DNA from: Eledone cirrhosa
Taxonomy: Eukaryota
Length of the DNA stretch: 64,000 nucleotides
Assembly: GCA_964016885.1 (NCBI GenBank)
Contig: CAXHJY010000589.1
Location: 1 to 64,000 of the forward strand
Direction: 5' to 3'
The notes beneath the pieces are model-generated. The model worked only from the letters and a program-made list of their open reading frames with translations, did no database searches and was not told the DNA's origin. The translations under genes were made by a program, and so were the position numbers. The first letter of the stretch is position 1. Each line of letters starts with the position of its first letter. Below are positions 1 to 16,256 of this stretch, in pieces.

Positions 1-66
<66 letters not shown>

Positions 67-217
67 AAATATATATATATAAATATATATATTTATATAT
101 ATATATTTATATATATATATATTTATATATATATATTTATATATATATATTTATAAATATATAAATATATATATATAAATATATATATATAAATATATAT
201 ATATATAAATAATATAT

Positions 218-249
<32 letters not shown>

Positions 250-258
250 ATAATATAC

Positions 259-296
<38 letters not shown>

Positions 297-393
297 TATA
301 TATATATATACATATAAATATATATATATATACATATAAATATATATATATATACATATAAATATATATATATATACATATAAATATATATAT

Positions 394-425
<32 letters not shown>

Positions 426-589
426 ATATACATATAAAATATATATATATATACATATAAATATATATATATATACATATAAATATATATATATATACAT
501 ATAAATATATATATATAAATATATAAATATATATATATAAATATATATATATAAATATATATATATAATATATATATATAAATATATAT

Positions 590-621
<32 letters not shown>

Positions 622-710
622 AAATATATATATATATAAATATATATATATAAATATATATATATATAAATATATATATATAAATATATATATATAAATA
701 TATATATATA

Positions 711-744
<34 letters not shown>

Positions 745-980
745 AATATATATATATAAATATATATATATAAATATATAAATATATATATATAAATATA
801 TATAAATATATATAAATATATATATATAAATATATATATATAAATATATATATATAAATATATATATATAAATATATATATATAAATATAAATATATAAA
901 TATAAATATATATTTATATAAATATATATATATAAATATATAAATATATATATATAAATATATATATATATAAATATATA

Positions 981-1014
<34 letters not shown>

Positions 1015-1192
1015 AATATATATTTATACATATAAATATAAATATATATATATAAATATAAATATATATTTATATAAATATATATATATAAATATATAAA
1101 TATATATATATATAAATATATATATATAAATATATAAATATATATATATATAAATATATATATATAAATATATAAATATATATATATGTGTA
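1..1192. repeat. (TA)n / TATAAA degenerate microsatellite
   Basis: Continuous TA-dinucleotide tract. Confidence 0.98.
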
Positions 1193-1780
1193 TAAAGAGT
1201 AGTGTGCTCACATGTGGAGATGCTATAAAAAAGCTTATAAAATAGAGTGAATATCCTTAAAAATGGAAAAGAACATGCCATTGGCCACCACAAGTAATCG
1301 AATCCTGTTAGGCACTTTGAACCATTAAGCCAAGGGGCCATGACAACCGTTACCATCTTAAATTAGGTTGCTGAATCACAGCTTTTAAATGTAAACAAAA
1401 TACATAACTGATCTTTTGGTCTTTTACTTCGATAGGGATGTAGCTTTGAACCCTTTTTCATAAGTTACTCGACCGATGTTTTGAAATCTACAACTTGCTA
1501 CATGTAATCAACCCAAAATATACCTTTGAAGTTTACGCCACCTGGTAACGAGTCTTACCACAAAAATCTGTGGGTATTGGTTGGAGAATTGAGAATTGAG
1601 AATTAGGAATTATAAAAATATTTCAAGTGATCTCTTGGAGTGGCTTGATTACTTTCAATTTCCACTAACCATAGCCGGGTCATAACCTTTGTGATTAACA
1701 TGCTGAATGTCTTGACTAAGGAATCAACTGATTCCATGTGTCTCTGCATTATTAACATTCCTTGGTGTGATTGGGTGTTA

Positions 1781-1963
1781 GATTGGCAGTATCGGTAGAG
1801 AGTTGGACACCATGCTTTGCAGCATAGAGTTACAGTCCTTTATCGCCTGAGTTCAAATCCCACCGAGGTAAACGTTGCCTTTCATCCTTACGGGGTCGAT
1901 AAAATAAAGTACCAGTAAGGCACTGGGTAATTACTGGCCTTGTGCCAAAAGTAGAAACAATTA
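1781..1963 (+). mobile_element. SINE family A (tRNA head, GCCTTTCATCCTTACGGGGTCGATAAAATAAAGTACCAG core, ...AAAGTAGAAACAATTATT tail)
   Basis: Near-identical copies at about 12281(+), 12591(+), 24973(-), 29980(-), 33464(-), 39308(-), 42668(-), 42900(-), 46322(-), 46607(-), 53868(-), 59083(-), 61296(+), 61663(-/+), 63362(+), 63868(+). B-box-like GAGTTCAAATCC. Confidence 0.9.
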
Positions 1964-2324
1964 TTAACATTCCTTACAACAGCCCTGAAACTCAACCAAT
2001 TGTACTAAACACGATTTCTTCAGCATTTGTCTTCAATATACTTGGTGAAACTATGTCAACACAAAGCAAAGCTGTGAAAAATGTCCGACAGCATGCTTTC
2101 TCAATTCTTCTGAATGTTTGCAAACAGTGTCTTGATTTACTATTTCCTGTTTTTCCAAGTTATTAATAACATATACAGAACGTTGCAAAAGTCCCAATAC
2201 AGCTGGTTGTCTCAAATGGAGAAACGTGTTCTTTAAATCTTTTTGCAATCAATCTCAGCACAGTAGTACAGTTTACTTTCATAGAAAATAGTGCAGTTAG
2301 TCAAGCCAGTGAAAGAAATTTGAT

Positions 2325-2465
2325 TTATATCTTCCAGCCTGTGGCGTTCGAGACATCTGGTGGAGCTGGGTTGCTGACAGCAAAGCTCTTGTCCTCGTTG
2401 GAGGCTCACCTTACTTAGGTGTCAGGTAATACCTGCGAGGGTGCCTGGTTGTTTCAGCAGTTATG
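2325..2465 (+). mobile_element. Degenerate CRE-clade non-LTR retrotransposon 3' fragment (restriction-like endonuclease region)
   Basis: Translates FQPVAFETSGGAG...*...EGAWLFQQL, homologous to the copy at 57618. Confidence 0.6.
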
Positions 2466-2755
2466 GGACGATCCATCCATTTGTAGACCTAAATAGAGGT
2501 AACTTGAACACCATAAATTGTTCACATACCTCATACAGTATCATGGCTGTTAAAAAGGGGGAACAAATGGCCTGAAGATTTCCAGGTTGCAAAGTCTGGT
2601 GGTTTTGTAAATCGAAAACTGGATTCCAATAGAGAGATAGGAAACCCTTCTACTCCATACATTCAATTTTTATTTAGAAAGCCAGAAATAAAGTCATCCA
2701 GATTTTGTAGGACATTGATAAATTAGCAGCTTTGGATATTCAACCACCTTATATT

Positions 2756-5700
2756 GGTGTCAGGACAAAAAGCACCCAGTCCACACTGTAAACTGGTTGT
2801 GTAGGTGTCACGACAAAAAGCACCCAGTCCACACTGTAAACCAGTTGTGTAGGTGTCAGGACAAAAAGCACCCAGTCCACACTGTAAACTGGTTGTGTAG
2901 GTGTCACGACAAAAAGCACCCAGTCCACACTGTAAAGTGGTTGTGTAGGTGTCATGACAAAAAGCACCCAGTCCACACTGTAAACTGGTTGTGTAGGTGT
3001 CACAACAAAAAGCACCCAGTCCACACTGTAAACTAGTTGTGTAGGTGTCACAACAAAAAGCACCCAGTCCACACTGTAAACTGGTTGTGTAGGTGTCACG
3101 ACAAAAAGCACCCAGTCCACACTGTAAAGTGGTTGTGTAGGTGTCATGACAAAAAGCACCCAGTCCACACTGTAAACTGGTTGTGTAGGTGTCACAACAA
3201 AAAGCACCCAGTCCACACTGTAAACTGGTTGTGTAGGTGTCACGACAAAAAGCACCCAGTCCACACTGTAAAGTGGTTGTGTAGGTGTCATGACAAAAAG
3301 CACCCAGTCCACACTGTAAACTGGTTGTGTAGGTGTCACAACAAAAAGCACCCAGTCCACACTGTAAACTAGTTGTGTAGGTGTCACAACAAAAAGCACC
3401 CAGTCCACACTGTAAACTGGTTGTGTAGGTGTCACGACAAAAAGCACCCAGTCCACACTGTAAACTGGTTGTGTAGGTGTCATGACAGAAAGCACCAGTC
3501 CACACTGTAAAGTGGTTGTGGAGGTGTCACAACAAAAAGCACCCAGTCCACACTGTAAACCAGTTGTGTAGGTGTCACAACAAAAAGCACCCAGTCCACA
3601 CTGTAAACCAGTTGTGTAGGTGTCACAACAAAAAGCACCCAGTCCACACTGTAAACCAGTTGTGTAGGTGTCATGACAAAAAGCACCCAGTCCACACTGT
3701 AAAGTGGTTGTGTAGGTGTCACAACAAAAAGCACCCAGTCCACACTGTAAAGTGGTTGTGTAGGTGTCATGACAAAAAGCACCCAGTCCACATTGTAAAC
3801 TGGTTGTGTAGGTGTCATGACAAAAAGCACCCAGTCCACACTGTAAAGTGGTTGTGTAGGTGTCACAACAAAAAGCACCCAGTCCACACTGTAAAGTGGT
3901 TATGTAGGTGTCACAACAAAAAGCACCCAGTCCACACTGTAAAGTGGTTGTGTAGGTGTCACGACAAAAAGCACCCAGTCCACACTGTAAAGTGGTTGTG
4001 TAGGTGTCACAACAAAAAGCACCCAGTCCACACTGTAAAGTGGTTGTGTAGGTGTCACAACAAAAAGCACCCAGTCCACACTGTAAAGTGGTTGTGTAGG
4101 TGTCACAACAAAAAGCACCCAGTCCACACTGTAAACTGGTTGTGTAGGTGTCACGACAAAAAGCACCCAGTCCACACTGTAAAGTGGTTGTGTAGGTGTC
4201 ATGACAAAAAGCACCCAGTCCACACTGTAAACTGGTTGTGTAGGTGTCACAACAAAAAGCACCCAGTCCACACTGTAAACTAGTTGTGTAGGTGTCACAA
4301 CAAAAAGCACCCAGTCCACACTGTAAACTGGTTGTGTAGGTGTCACGACAAAAAGCACCCAGTCCACACTGTAAACTGGTTGTGTAGGTGTCATGACAGA
4401 AAGCACCAGTCCACACTGTAAAGTGGTTGTGGAGGTGTCACAACAAAAAGCACCCAGTCCACACTGTAAACCAGTTGTGTAGGTGTCACAACAAAAAGCA
4501 CCCAGTCCACACTGTAAACCAGTTGTGTAGGTGTCACAACAAAAAGCACCCAGTCCACACTGTAAACCAGTTGTGTAGGTGTCATGACAAAAAGCACCCA
4601 GTCCACACTGTAAAGTGGTTGTGTAGGTGTCACAACAAAAAGCACCCAGTCCACACTGTAAAGTGGTTGTGTAGGTGTCATGACAAAAAGCACCCAGTCC
4701 ACATTGTAAACTGGTTGTGTAGGTGTCATGACAAAAAGCACCCAGTCCACACTGTAAAGTGGTTGTGTAGGTGTCACAACAAAAAGCACCCAGTCCACAC
4801 TGTAAAGTGGTTATGTAGGTGTCACAACAAAAAGCACCCAGTCCACACTGTAAAGTGGTTGTGTAGGTGTCACGACAAAAAGCACCCAGTCCACACTGTA
4901 AAGTGGTTGTGTAGGTGTCACAACAAAAAGCACCCAGTCCACACTGTAAAGTGGTTGTGTAGGTGTCACAACAAAAAGCACCCAGTCCACACTGTAAAGT
5001 GGTTGTGTAGGTGTCACAACAAAAAGCACCCAGTCCACACTGTAAAGTGGTTGTGTAGGTGTCACAACAAAAAGCACCCAGTCCACACTGTAAAGTGGTT
5101 GTGTAGGTGTCATGACAAAAAGCACCCAGTCCACATTGTAAACTGGTTGTGTAGGTGTCATGACAAAAAGCACCAGTCCACACTGTAAAGTGGTTGTGTA
5201 GGTGTCATGACAAAAAGCACCCAGTCCACATTGTAAACTGGTTGTGTAGGTGTCACAACAAAAAGCACCAGTCCACACTGTAAAGTGGTTGTGTAGGTGT
5301 CATGACAAAAAGCACCCAGTCCACATTGTAAACTGGTTGTGTAGGTGCCATGACAAAAAGCACCCAGTCCACATTGTAAACTGGTTGTGTAGGTGTCACA
5401 ACAAAAAGCACCAGTCCACACTGTAAAGTGGTTGTGTAGGTGTCATGACAAAAAGCACCCAGTCCACATTGTAAACTGGTTGTGTAGGTGTCACAACAAA
5501 AAGCACCAGTCCACACTGTAAAGTGGTTGTGTAGGTGTCATGACAAAAAGCACCCAGTCCACATTGTAAACTGGTTGTGTAGGTGTCATGACAAAAAGCA
5601 CCCAGTCCACATTGTAAACTGGTTGTGTAGGTGTCACAACAAAAAGCACCAGTCCACACTGTAAAGTGGTTGTGTAGGTGTCATGACAAAAAGCACCCAG

Positions 5701-6320
5701 TCCACACTGTAAAGTGGTTGTGTAGGTGTCATGACAAAAAGCACCAGTCCACATTGTAAAGTGGTTGTGTAGGTGTCATGACAAAAAGCACCAGTCCACA
5801 CTGTAAAGTGGTTGTGTAGGTGTCATGACAAAAAGCACCCAGTCCACACTGTAAAGTGGTCATGTAGGTGTCATGACAAAAAGCACCAGTCCACACTGTA
5901 AAGTGGTTGTGTAGATGTCACAACAAAAAGCACCCAGTCCACACTGTATAATGGTTGTGTAGGTGTCATGACAAAAAGCACCAGTCCACACTGTAAAGTG
6001 GTTGTGTAGGTGTCATGACAAAAAGCACCCAGTCCACACTGTAAAGTGGTCATGTAGGTGTCATGACAAAAAGCACCAGTCCACACTGTAAACTGGTTGT
6101 GTAGATGTCACAACAAAAAGCACCCAGTCCACACTGTATAATGGTTGTGTAGGTGTCATGACAAAAAGCACCAGTCCACACTGTAAAGTGGTTGTGTAGG
6201 TGTCATGACAAAAAGCACCCAGTCCACACTGTAAAGTGGTCATGTAGGTGTCATGACAAAAAGCACCCAGTCCACACTGTAAAGTGGTCATGTAGGTGTC
6301 ACGACAAAAAGCACCCAACT
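2756..6320 (+). repeat. 48-bp minisatellite (~74 units) derived from the SINE family B body
   Basis: Unit GTGTCAYRACAAAAAGCACCCAGTCCACACTGTAAASTGGTTGTGTAG. Runs directly into a SINE/RTE tail at 6320-6497 ending in (GAT)n. Confidence 0.95.
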
Positions 6321-6780
6321 CACTGTAAATGAGGTTGGTGTTAGGAAGGGCATCTAGCAGTGGAAACCAAGCCCAAACCAGTTCTGTATGAACAAGACAT
6401 GGTCACCTCACCTAGCACTGCCCATAACAGGACAACTCGTCTAACCCATGCTAGTGTGGAAAATGCATATAAAACGGTGATGATGATGATGATGATAGAT
6501 AATACACAACATCCAAACATCATATGGAACACATGCAGAGCTTTATTGTCCATATCCATGGCATGAGTTACAACATTCTGGAACTTTTCTTAAACTACAA
6601 ACCATTAGAGTATTCTGATGAGTCAGTCAATACTCTGAGAGCAATATGCAGCAAAGTCCTAAATTCTACCCACAAAACCATGCTAGCGTGGAAGATAGAC
6701 GTTAAACGAGGATGATGATGATGATTTGAACATTGCACACTGTTTGATTACAGAGAACTTTAATTGTTAGGGTTTCATAC

Positions 6781-6996
6781 TTAACCCTTTAGCATTTACA
6801 TTACTCTATATTTACTATTATTATTTCACATTTCAGGCTTTATCTCACATAATATTGAATCTATGAGATTTTGATATTATTTATTTTGAGAATAATATCT
6901 TAACATCAGTATGAGTGGTCAGTTACAGTCGGTTTGAATGGAAAGAGGTGGTAGAAACCTGACCAGATATGGCCAGTTTAAATGCTAATGGGTCAA
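6781..6996 (+). mobile_element. piggyBac-type MITE (~215 bp)
   Basis: TTAA-CCCTTTAGCATTT ... AAATGCTAA(A/T)GGG-T(T/C)AA termini. Further copies at 7026, 31336, 33713, 34148, 34362(-), 35015, 44336. Confidence 0.8.
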
Positions 6997-7025
6997 TATA
7001 TATTCTCTATCTATATCTTTGCATA

Positions 7026-8617
7026 TTAACCCTGTAACATTTACATTACTCTATATATACTATTGTATTTTCACAGTAAAGACTTTACCTCACATAACAT
7101 TCACATTACTCTATATATACTATTGTATTTTCACAGTAAAGGCTTTACCTCACATAACATTCACATTACTCTATATATACTATTTTATTTTCATTGTAAA
7201 GGCTTTACCTCACATAATATCTCACATAACATTTACATTACTCTACATATACTATTATATTTTCACAGTAAAGGCTTTACCTCACATAACATTCACATTA
7301 CTCTATATATACTATTGTATTTTCACAGTAAAGGCTTTACCTCACATAACATTCACATTACTCTATATATACTATTGTATTTTCATTGTAAAGGCTTTAC
7401 CTCACATAATATCTCGCATAACATTCACATTACTCTATATATACTATTGTATTTTCATGGTAAAGGCTTTACCTCACATAATATCTCACATAACATTCAC
7501 ATTACTCTATATATACTATTGTATTTTCACAGTAAAGGCTTTATCTCACATAACATTCACATTACTCTATATATACTATTGTATTTTCATGGTAAAGGCT
7601 TTACCTCACATAATATCTCACATAACATTCACATTACTCTATATATACTATTGTATTTTCACAGTAAAGGCTTTATCTCACATAATATCTCACATAACAT
7701 TTACATTACTCTATATATACTATTGTATTTTGACAGTAAAGGCTTTACCTCACATAATATCTCATAACATTTACATTACTCTATATATACTATTGTATTT
7801 TCACAGTAAAGGCTTTACCTCACATAATATCTCACATAACATTTACATTACTCTATATATACTGTTGTATTTTCACAGTAAAGGCTTTACCTCACATAAT
7901 ATCTCACATAACATTTACATTACTCTATATATACTATTGTATTTTCACAGTAAAGGCTTTACCTCACATAATATATCACATAACATTCACATTACTCTAT
8001 ATATACTATTGTATTTTCACAGTAAAGGCTTTATCTCACATAATATCTCACATAACATTTACATTACTCTATATATACTATTGTATTTTCACAGTAAAGG
8101 CTTTACCTCACATAATATCTCACATAACATTCACATAACTCTATATATACTATTGTATTGTCACAGTAAAGGCTTTACCTCACATAATATCTCACATAAC
8201 ATTCACATAACTCTATATATACTATTGTATTTTCACAGTAAAGGCTTTACCTCACATAATATCTCACATAACATTCACATTACTCTATATATACTATTGT
8301 ATTTTCACAGTAAACGCTTTATCTCACATAATATCTCACATAACATTTACATTACTCCATATATACTATTGTATTTTCACAGTAAAGGCTTTACCTCACA
8401 TAATATCTCACATAACATTTACATTTCTCTATATATACTATTATTATTTCACTGTTAAGGCTTTATCTCACATAATATTGAATCTATGAGATTTTGATAT
8501 TATTTATTTTGAGAATAATACCTTAACATCAGTATGAGTGATCGGTTGCAGCCAATTAGAACATAAAGAGGTGAGAATCCTGGCCAGATATGGCCAATTT
8601 ATATACTAAGGGGTAAA
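7026..8617 (+). repeat. piggyBac-type MITE with internally expanded 51/62-bp tandem array
   Basis: Left-subterminal unit ACATTTACATTACTCTATATATACTATTGTATTTTCACAGTAAAGGCTTTACCTCACATA(ATATCTCACATA) repeated about 25 times, followed by the normal right end. Confidence 0.88.
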
Positions 8618-8819
8618 GATATATTCTCTATATACCTTTACATATTAATTGACATAAACCACATATTTTTCTTTACTAGACTTATTAGTACTTGTTCCCT
8701 GTCCTAATTACATTTGTAATTATCTATTTAAACCATCCTAAATTTTTTCATATTATATTTATTCATCTAATTATTTATTTAATATAATTCCTAATATACA
8801 TGTGAATAGTTTTGTGAGT

Positions 8820-11012
<2,193 letters not shown>

Positions 11013-11074
11013 AAGCGTTAAAATAATATTTCTTCCATGTACTGTTTTGTTAATTGTGTGTGTGTGTATATATT

Positions 11075-11520
11075 CTAGGGCGGGTAAAATTCCTGAGATC
11101 CATGGATGAGTTCTCTCCAGCGGTCTCTGTCCCTCATTATCGCTGCCATGTCCTGCGTCTCCAACAGACCAGTGTCTGTCCTTAGTGCATCAACATATGT
11201 TAACCTTGGTCTTCCTCTGCCAGTGTGTCCACGTAGGGGCTCCCACAGGAGCACTGAGTGCAGTGTCATCTCTGGATGTCGGTGAGCATGTCCCAGCTAA
11301 CCTCAGTCTCCTCTGTGTCACTTTTGAGCTGACTTTTGAGAGGCTCCAGTACAGCTCTGAGTTTTTCATCCTCAGTGTATACTGATTAATGCTCAGAGCC
11401 ATCCTCAGCCTTCTCGTGTAGCACCCATCCACCATCTGAGTGAGTTTCTTGGTCAGTGTCCAAGTCTCAGACCCGTACAGCAGCACAGACTCCACAAATG
11501 GTAAGAGAGCTCTATATCCT
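11075..11520 (-). mobile_element. RTE-clade LINE 3' fragment (RT thumb/C-terminus), frameshifted
   Basis: VESVLLYGSETWTLTK...QRRLRLAG...[10 protein letters not shown]...DRDRWR. Same family at 19059-19457 and 19501-19712. Confidence 0.88.
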
Positions 11521-11731
11521 TTCACGAGCTCTATAGCTACTTTGTAACGATATTACACGGAATTTGTTTGTGCAAACCGTTGGTTTCTTATAACCACGAC
11601 TTAAATAGTCTTACAGACCCAATACATTTTACAATATGACTGTTCGACTCATAACATTAGTTCACAAGAACTGTAACGTGTTTGTGAGGGAAGAAAAGAC
11701 ACAATGCCGAAGTTCATTTTCCTCACCTAAC

Positions 11732-12040
11732 CCAGAGGTTCTCACCCCCCCCCCCCCCCCACGGCCACGTAATACCCTCAGCACCCCCACCACTATTTCC
11801 ACAGAGACCTGCCAACACGCAAATTGTAAATAATATATAATAAATAAAACCGTTAATTTACATATAATAAATAATATAATATATACTATGTATAAATAAA
11901 TATTATATATTTTTTATTTTACTATATTTATATATAACATGTATCATTTGATATTTAATATACTATTATATCATCTCTACTGCCCCCTTAGATCCCAGCG
12001 CCCTCCAGGGGGAGGAAGTGTCCACGTTGAGATCCTCTGA
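11732..12040. mobile_element. hAT-like MITE
   Basis: TIRs CAGAGGTTCTCA / TGAGATCCTCTG. Related copy at about 46209-46920 is interrupted by SINEs. Confidence 0.55.
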
Positions 12041-12917
12041 CTTAAACGAACACAGCTATAGAAGCGCAGTTTCTTGCGAGTATGCATATTAAAATCTATC
12101 TTAAAGCAATTGATGGTGAGAAATCTAAAGTCTTAGATAATAGAGTTTTGATATGAAAGGATACAAGTCCACAATATCAAACTGGGTGAACGTAGATCTA
12201 GATTTACTTTAAATGATTTCCATTGTTTAGTTCAGTAGTTATCCAAATATAAGTGTTAATATCCCTTAATATTAACTGTCGATTGGCAGTATCGGTGGAA
12301 GGTCGGACGCCATGCTTTCCAGCATAGTTACGTCCCTTTACGATCTGAGTTCAAATCCCGCCGAGGTTGACTTTGCCTTTCATCCTTACGGGGTCGATAA
12401 AATAAAGTACCAGTAATGCACTGGGTAATTGCTGGCCTTGTGCCTAAAGTAGAAACAATTAACTGTCTAGTCCTAACTCAGGTACCAAATTCAATATTTG
12501 TGTTATTTCAATGTTATAAATGCCCTCCGTTCAGGCAGGCGTCCGACTCTATGTTCTATAATTAAGCGTTTGGCAAAAGACTTAGCTTCATGGTGGATTG
12601 GCAGTATCGGTAGAGGGTCGGACGCCATGCTTTGACGTATAGAGTTACGGCCCTTGCCATTCTGAGTTCAAATCCCGCCAAGGTTAACTTGCATTACTGG
12701 TACTTTATTTTATCGACCCCGTCAGGATGAAAGGCAACGTTAACCTCGGCGGGATTAACTTTGCCTTTCATCCTTACGGGGTCGATAAAATAAAGTACCA
12801 GTAATGCACTGGGGTAATTGCTGGCCTTGTGCCAAAAGTAAAAACAATTATTAACAGCGTTGTGTAATCCAACTCCAAGTTTTGATATTTACTAGTGACA
12901 TTGTTAAGTATTAGTTG

Positions 12918-12972
<55 letters not shown>

Positions 12973-12976
<4 letters not shown>

Positions 12977-13315
12977 TGGTAAACGGAAAAGAAAATGCTG
13001 ACAAATTGTTCCCAGTGAAAAATAGTTTAATTAGGAATAAGTGAGAATTAGTAATAGTATTAGTTAGTATTCAGTTTTGGTTTTAAGTTTTACCGGTTGC
13101 GCATTTCTAATGCTTTTCAAAAATAATTTTGAGATAGAGCGTCCGTGATGTTTGCTCTTAAAACTTAAAACCAAAACTGAATACTAACCAATACTATTAC
13201 TAATTCTCACTTATTCCTAATTAAACTATTTTTCACTGTGAACAATTTGTCAGCATTTTCTTTTCCGTTTACCAATATATCATAACTTGTGTGTTACACC
13301 TCTATTCTTTTAAAT
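12973..13315. mobile_element. Fold-back element in a (TA)n tract, probable Penelope-like pLTR remnant
   Basis: About 120-bp inverted arms at 12973-13092 and 13159-13278. Degenerate hammerhead-like motif on the minus strand at 13088-13123 (TTGAAAA-GCATT/AATGC-GCAA-CCGG-TA). Confidence 0.6.
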
Positions 13316-13628
13316 ATATATATATATATATACACATCAGTATTGATTTCACATATTTCAGACCTGCCAACCTCTAAAAACCCAAACGGGGAGTACCATA
13401 AAAACATACACATACATATATGCAAAAGTTTTATTTAAAATTGTTGGGTTACAACGAGTAAATATTTTATAACTGATATAAAAGCACTCAACAAGTTTTG
13501 GAGTAGGTTTACGATATTAAACAAATGGAAACTATATTTATAAAACCATATTTATTTCATTATATATATTTCAGGGATATCATATTAAAAATATGGTATG
13601 CCAAATCAACTTTTTAAATGGAAGTTGC

Positions 13629-13665
<37 letters not shown>

Positions 13666-13955
13666 CAAATAACGAAACGAAATTAAATTTCGTTTCGTTT
13701 GTAACTCACTTTTGTATGACTGACGCTTAAACAATTAAGTTAAAGATGTACATCCATATATGTATACTGAAATACTAGTATGTATATGAATACACACACG
13801 TATACATATGTAGATGTACCAAGTTTTTTTCACTGGTCACTTTACTGTGAGTGGCCAGCTATTCTGTATGTAAACACACAGACAAACCGGTTTTTAGAGT
13901 CATACTGGTTTTTGAGGAAACACCTTTCCTCTATTCTCCAGAAAGCCAGACAAGG

Positions 13956-14000
13956 AATATTGAACTAGTTTCGTTGTTGTTACAACTCATCAGCAATATT
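13956..14000 (-). ncRNA. Minimal type-I hammerhead ribozyme
   Basis: AATATTG-CTGATGA-GTTGT aaca ACAAC-GAAA-CTAG-TT-CAATATT: 7-bp stem I, 5-bp stem II, palindromic stem III ACTAGT, GUU site. Lies inside inverted arms 13732-13810 / 14138-14212. Confidence 0.85.
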
Positions 14001-14220
14001 TACCTATCTTCCGGCCTCTCTAGAGAATCGTAAAAGCACATATCGTTATATGCTTTTTCTATGATAATTAGTAGTGGGCAGACTAATTTGCATAGAGTGT
14101 GAGTAAGTACCGGTTCAACGGAGACGATAAAAACAAATATGTATACGTGTGTGTATTCATATACATACTAGTATTTCAGTATACATATATGGATGTACAT
14201 CTTTAACTTAATTATATATA

Positions 14221-14258
<38 letters not shown>

Positions 14259-15342
14259 CACACATACATATATATATACACACATGATATAAATTTTACA
14301 ACACGCACGGCTCCTTATGATGCTGTCTTCTGATTTAGCTTCCAGCTGAACAATGTCTTGTAAGTTAAATTTGGAAGATGGGTGCTATAAGAAATCTGTT
14401 GTATATTTATGTGTATATCTAAAAACCCAAACAGGGTGTGCCATGAAAAAAAGTGCCCCAAACGGGGAGAAATGAGGCAAACATGGGGAGATTTTACATA
14501 ATGACAGCTATAGCCATTTTCAAAAGAGAAGCCATTTCTCACCCACCCCAAAGTGGGTGGAAGACCTCCTTGACGGACGGGGAGAGTTGACAGGTCGTGT
14601 GTTATTAATCTTATTAGAAAAAAACAAACAAAAACATTATCGGAGGATTTTGAACATCTTGATATCGTTAGAGAACTTATTTTTAGAAGGAATGTTTGTA
14701 CTTACAATGTTTCAAATTGCTTATCAGTTCAATCAAATGGTGATAATTCCCTCACTCTAGGCACTTATAATGTTCCGAGGCTATGCTGTCATTATCTCCA
14801 TAAAAAAAGAGATTTCCAATGAATACGCTTTACTACATCTTCCACGTCTCGAGCTTGAAGTAAACTTTGTCAATATATTTATATATTTGATCGAATAAAA
14901 GATGTCTGACGAGAAACGGTGTTTTCGGCACGTTATGTCCGTGGGTAGACGGGCCTGTTCGAAAAATATATTACAGTCTCCATTTCATGCCGCAAAAACT
15001 GGCGATGGGCCTGCGACCTGTCCAGGGAGGTGTGGGATGGACGTACAAAGGTTGAGTATCCCGAGACCGCAAAGAGGGTCCGGAAGGGAGCAAGCATTGA
15101 CTGTAAAAGATGTCGAATAATTCCATTATATAGTTAGATTTACTCGTACTAATATAACACTGAATTTCTGTTAATTGACGTCAATCTTACGATAATGTAA
15201 AAGAATCTGTGACACTAAATTGAAAAAGTGGCGAGAAAACTATCTTTTGAAGTGTTATACAGTTACTTTATAACGGTATTACCCATTTGTGTGGGGTGTT
15301 ACGTTACAGTTGATTTCTCGTGATATATACACACACACATTA

Positions 15343-15388
<46 letters not shown>

Positions 15389-15779
15389 GATTATCAATAC
15401 ATTAGGATTTATTTCAAGCATTTACATATGTTTCATTGGCGTGTAGGAAGCCCGCCTGGAATTTAAATACACCGAAACATTTTTTAAGTCCGTGCACAAC
15501 AAATGATTAAAACAGTCGACTTATATTAGTTAGGACCTTATAAGGCGTGTATACTGAGACAGTCCTCGATAAAAGTTACTCTAACTTTTAAACTAGAGTA
15601 ACTGAAAACGATAATTCGTATACCTATATATATATTTACCTCAATACTCATCCTTTTCCATTTTTGAGGGTTTTAAACCCCACTATAAGGCTAAAATCTT
15701 TTAGTAAAAAATACGACGAAAGCTTCTATTTCTACTAAATTTCAAATTTTGCTCGCTGTTTCAAAACAAACTTACTTGT

Positions 15780-15810
<31 letters not shown>

Positions 15811-16127
15811 ATAAGTATATTGTATATTTATTAATACACAATCATACACACCGTGTAATGAAATACCAATGATGGTTGGAAAATCACTGACGAAGGACTA
15901 TTTTTATCATATGTAACCCATGTACAAACCACGCAGTATTCTTCTTTCTTCTCATGTTTTTTTTTTATATATATATATACACGGGTGTGTATGATTGTGT
16001 ATAGATTGTATATTAATAAAAGGAATTCCAACTTTGTCTGATTTACTCGTTTTATTTACAATCCTTTAAAATTATAATGATATTATAATGAAATAGTATG
16101 GTAGAATATTAAATGTTAAGTGTCAAT

Positions 16128-16256
16128 TGAAAAAGTACTTTCATGCTTTCGCAATCTTCAGGTTCATATTCAGTGGTAACAGTCAAGTTTGCAATTTTCA
16201 ACAGTTGAAAATTGCAAACTTGACTGTCATCACTGAATATGAACCTGAAGATTACG
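16128..16256 (-). mobile_element. Near-perfect 53-bp-arm palindrome with a degenerate hammerhead (16128-16166, minus)
   Basis: Arms 16150-16202 and 16204-16256. Minus strand reads TGAAC-CTGAAGA-TTGC gaaa GCAT-GAAA-GTAC-TT-TTTCA. Confidence 0.6.

Noticed and set aside
1211-1560. Possible exon(s): minus ORF 1024-1356 with a GTGAG donor, and a plus-strand acceptor at about 1435
   Set aside because: No recognisable homology or partner exons; the plus-strand candidate has stops in all frames.
2723-6318. Cys/His-rich repeat ORFs resembling metal-binding proteins
   Set aside because: 48-bp SINE-derived minisatellite with frameshifting 47-bp units and no splice or start context.
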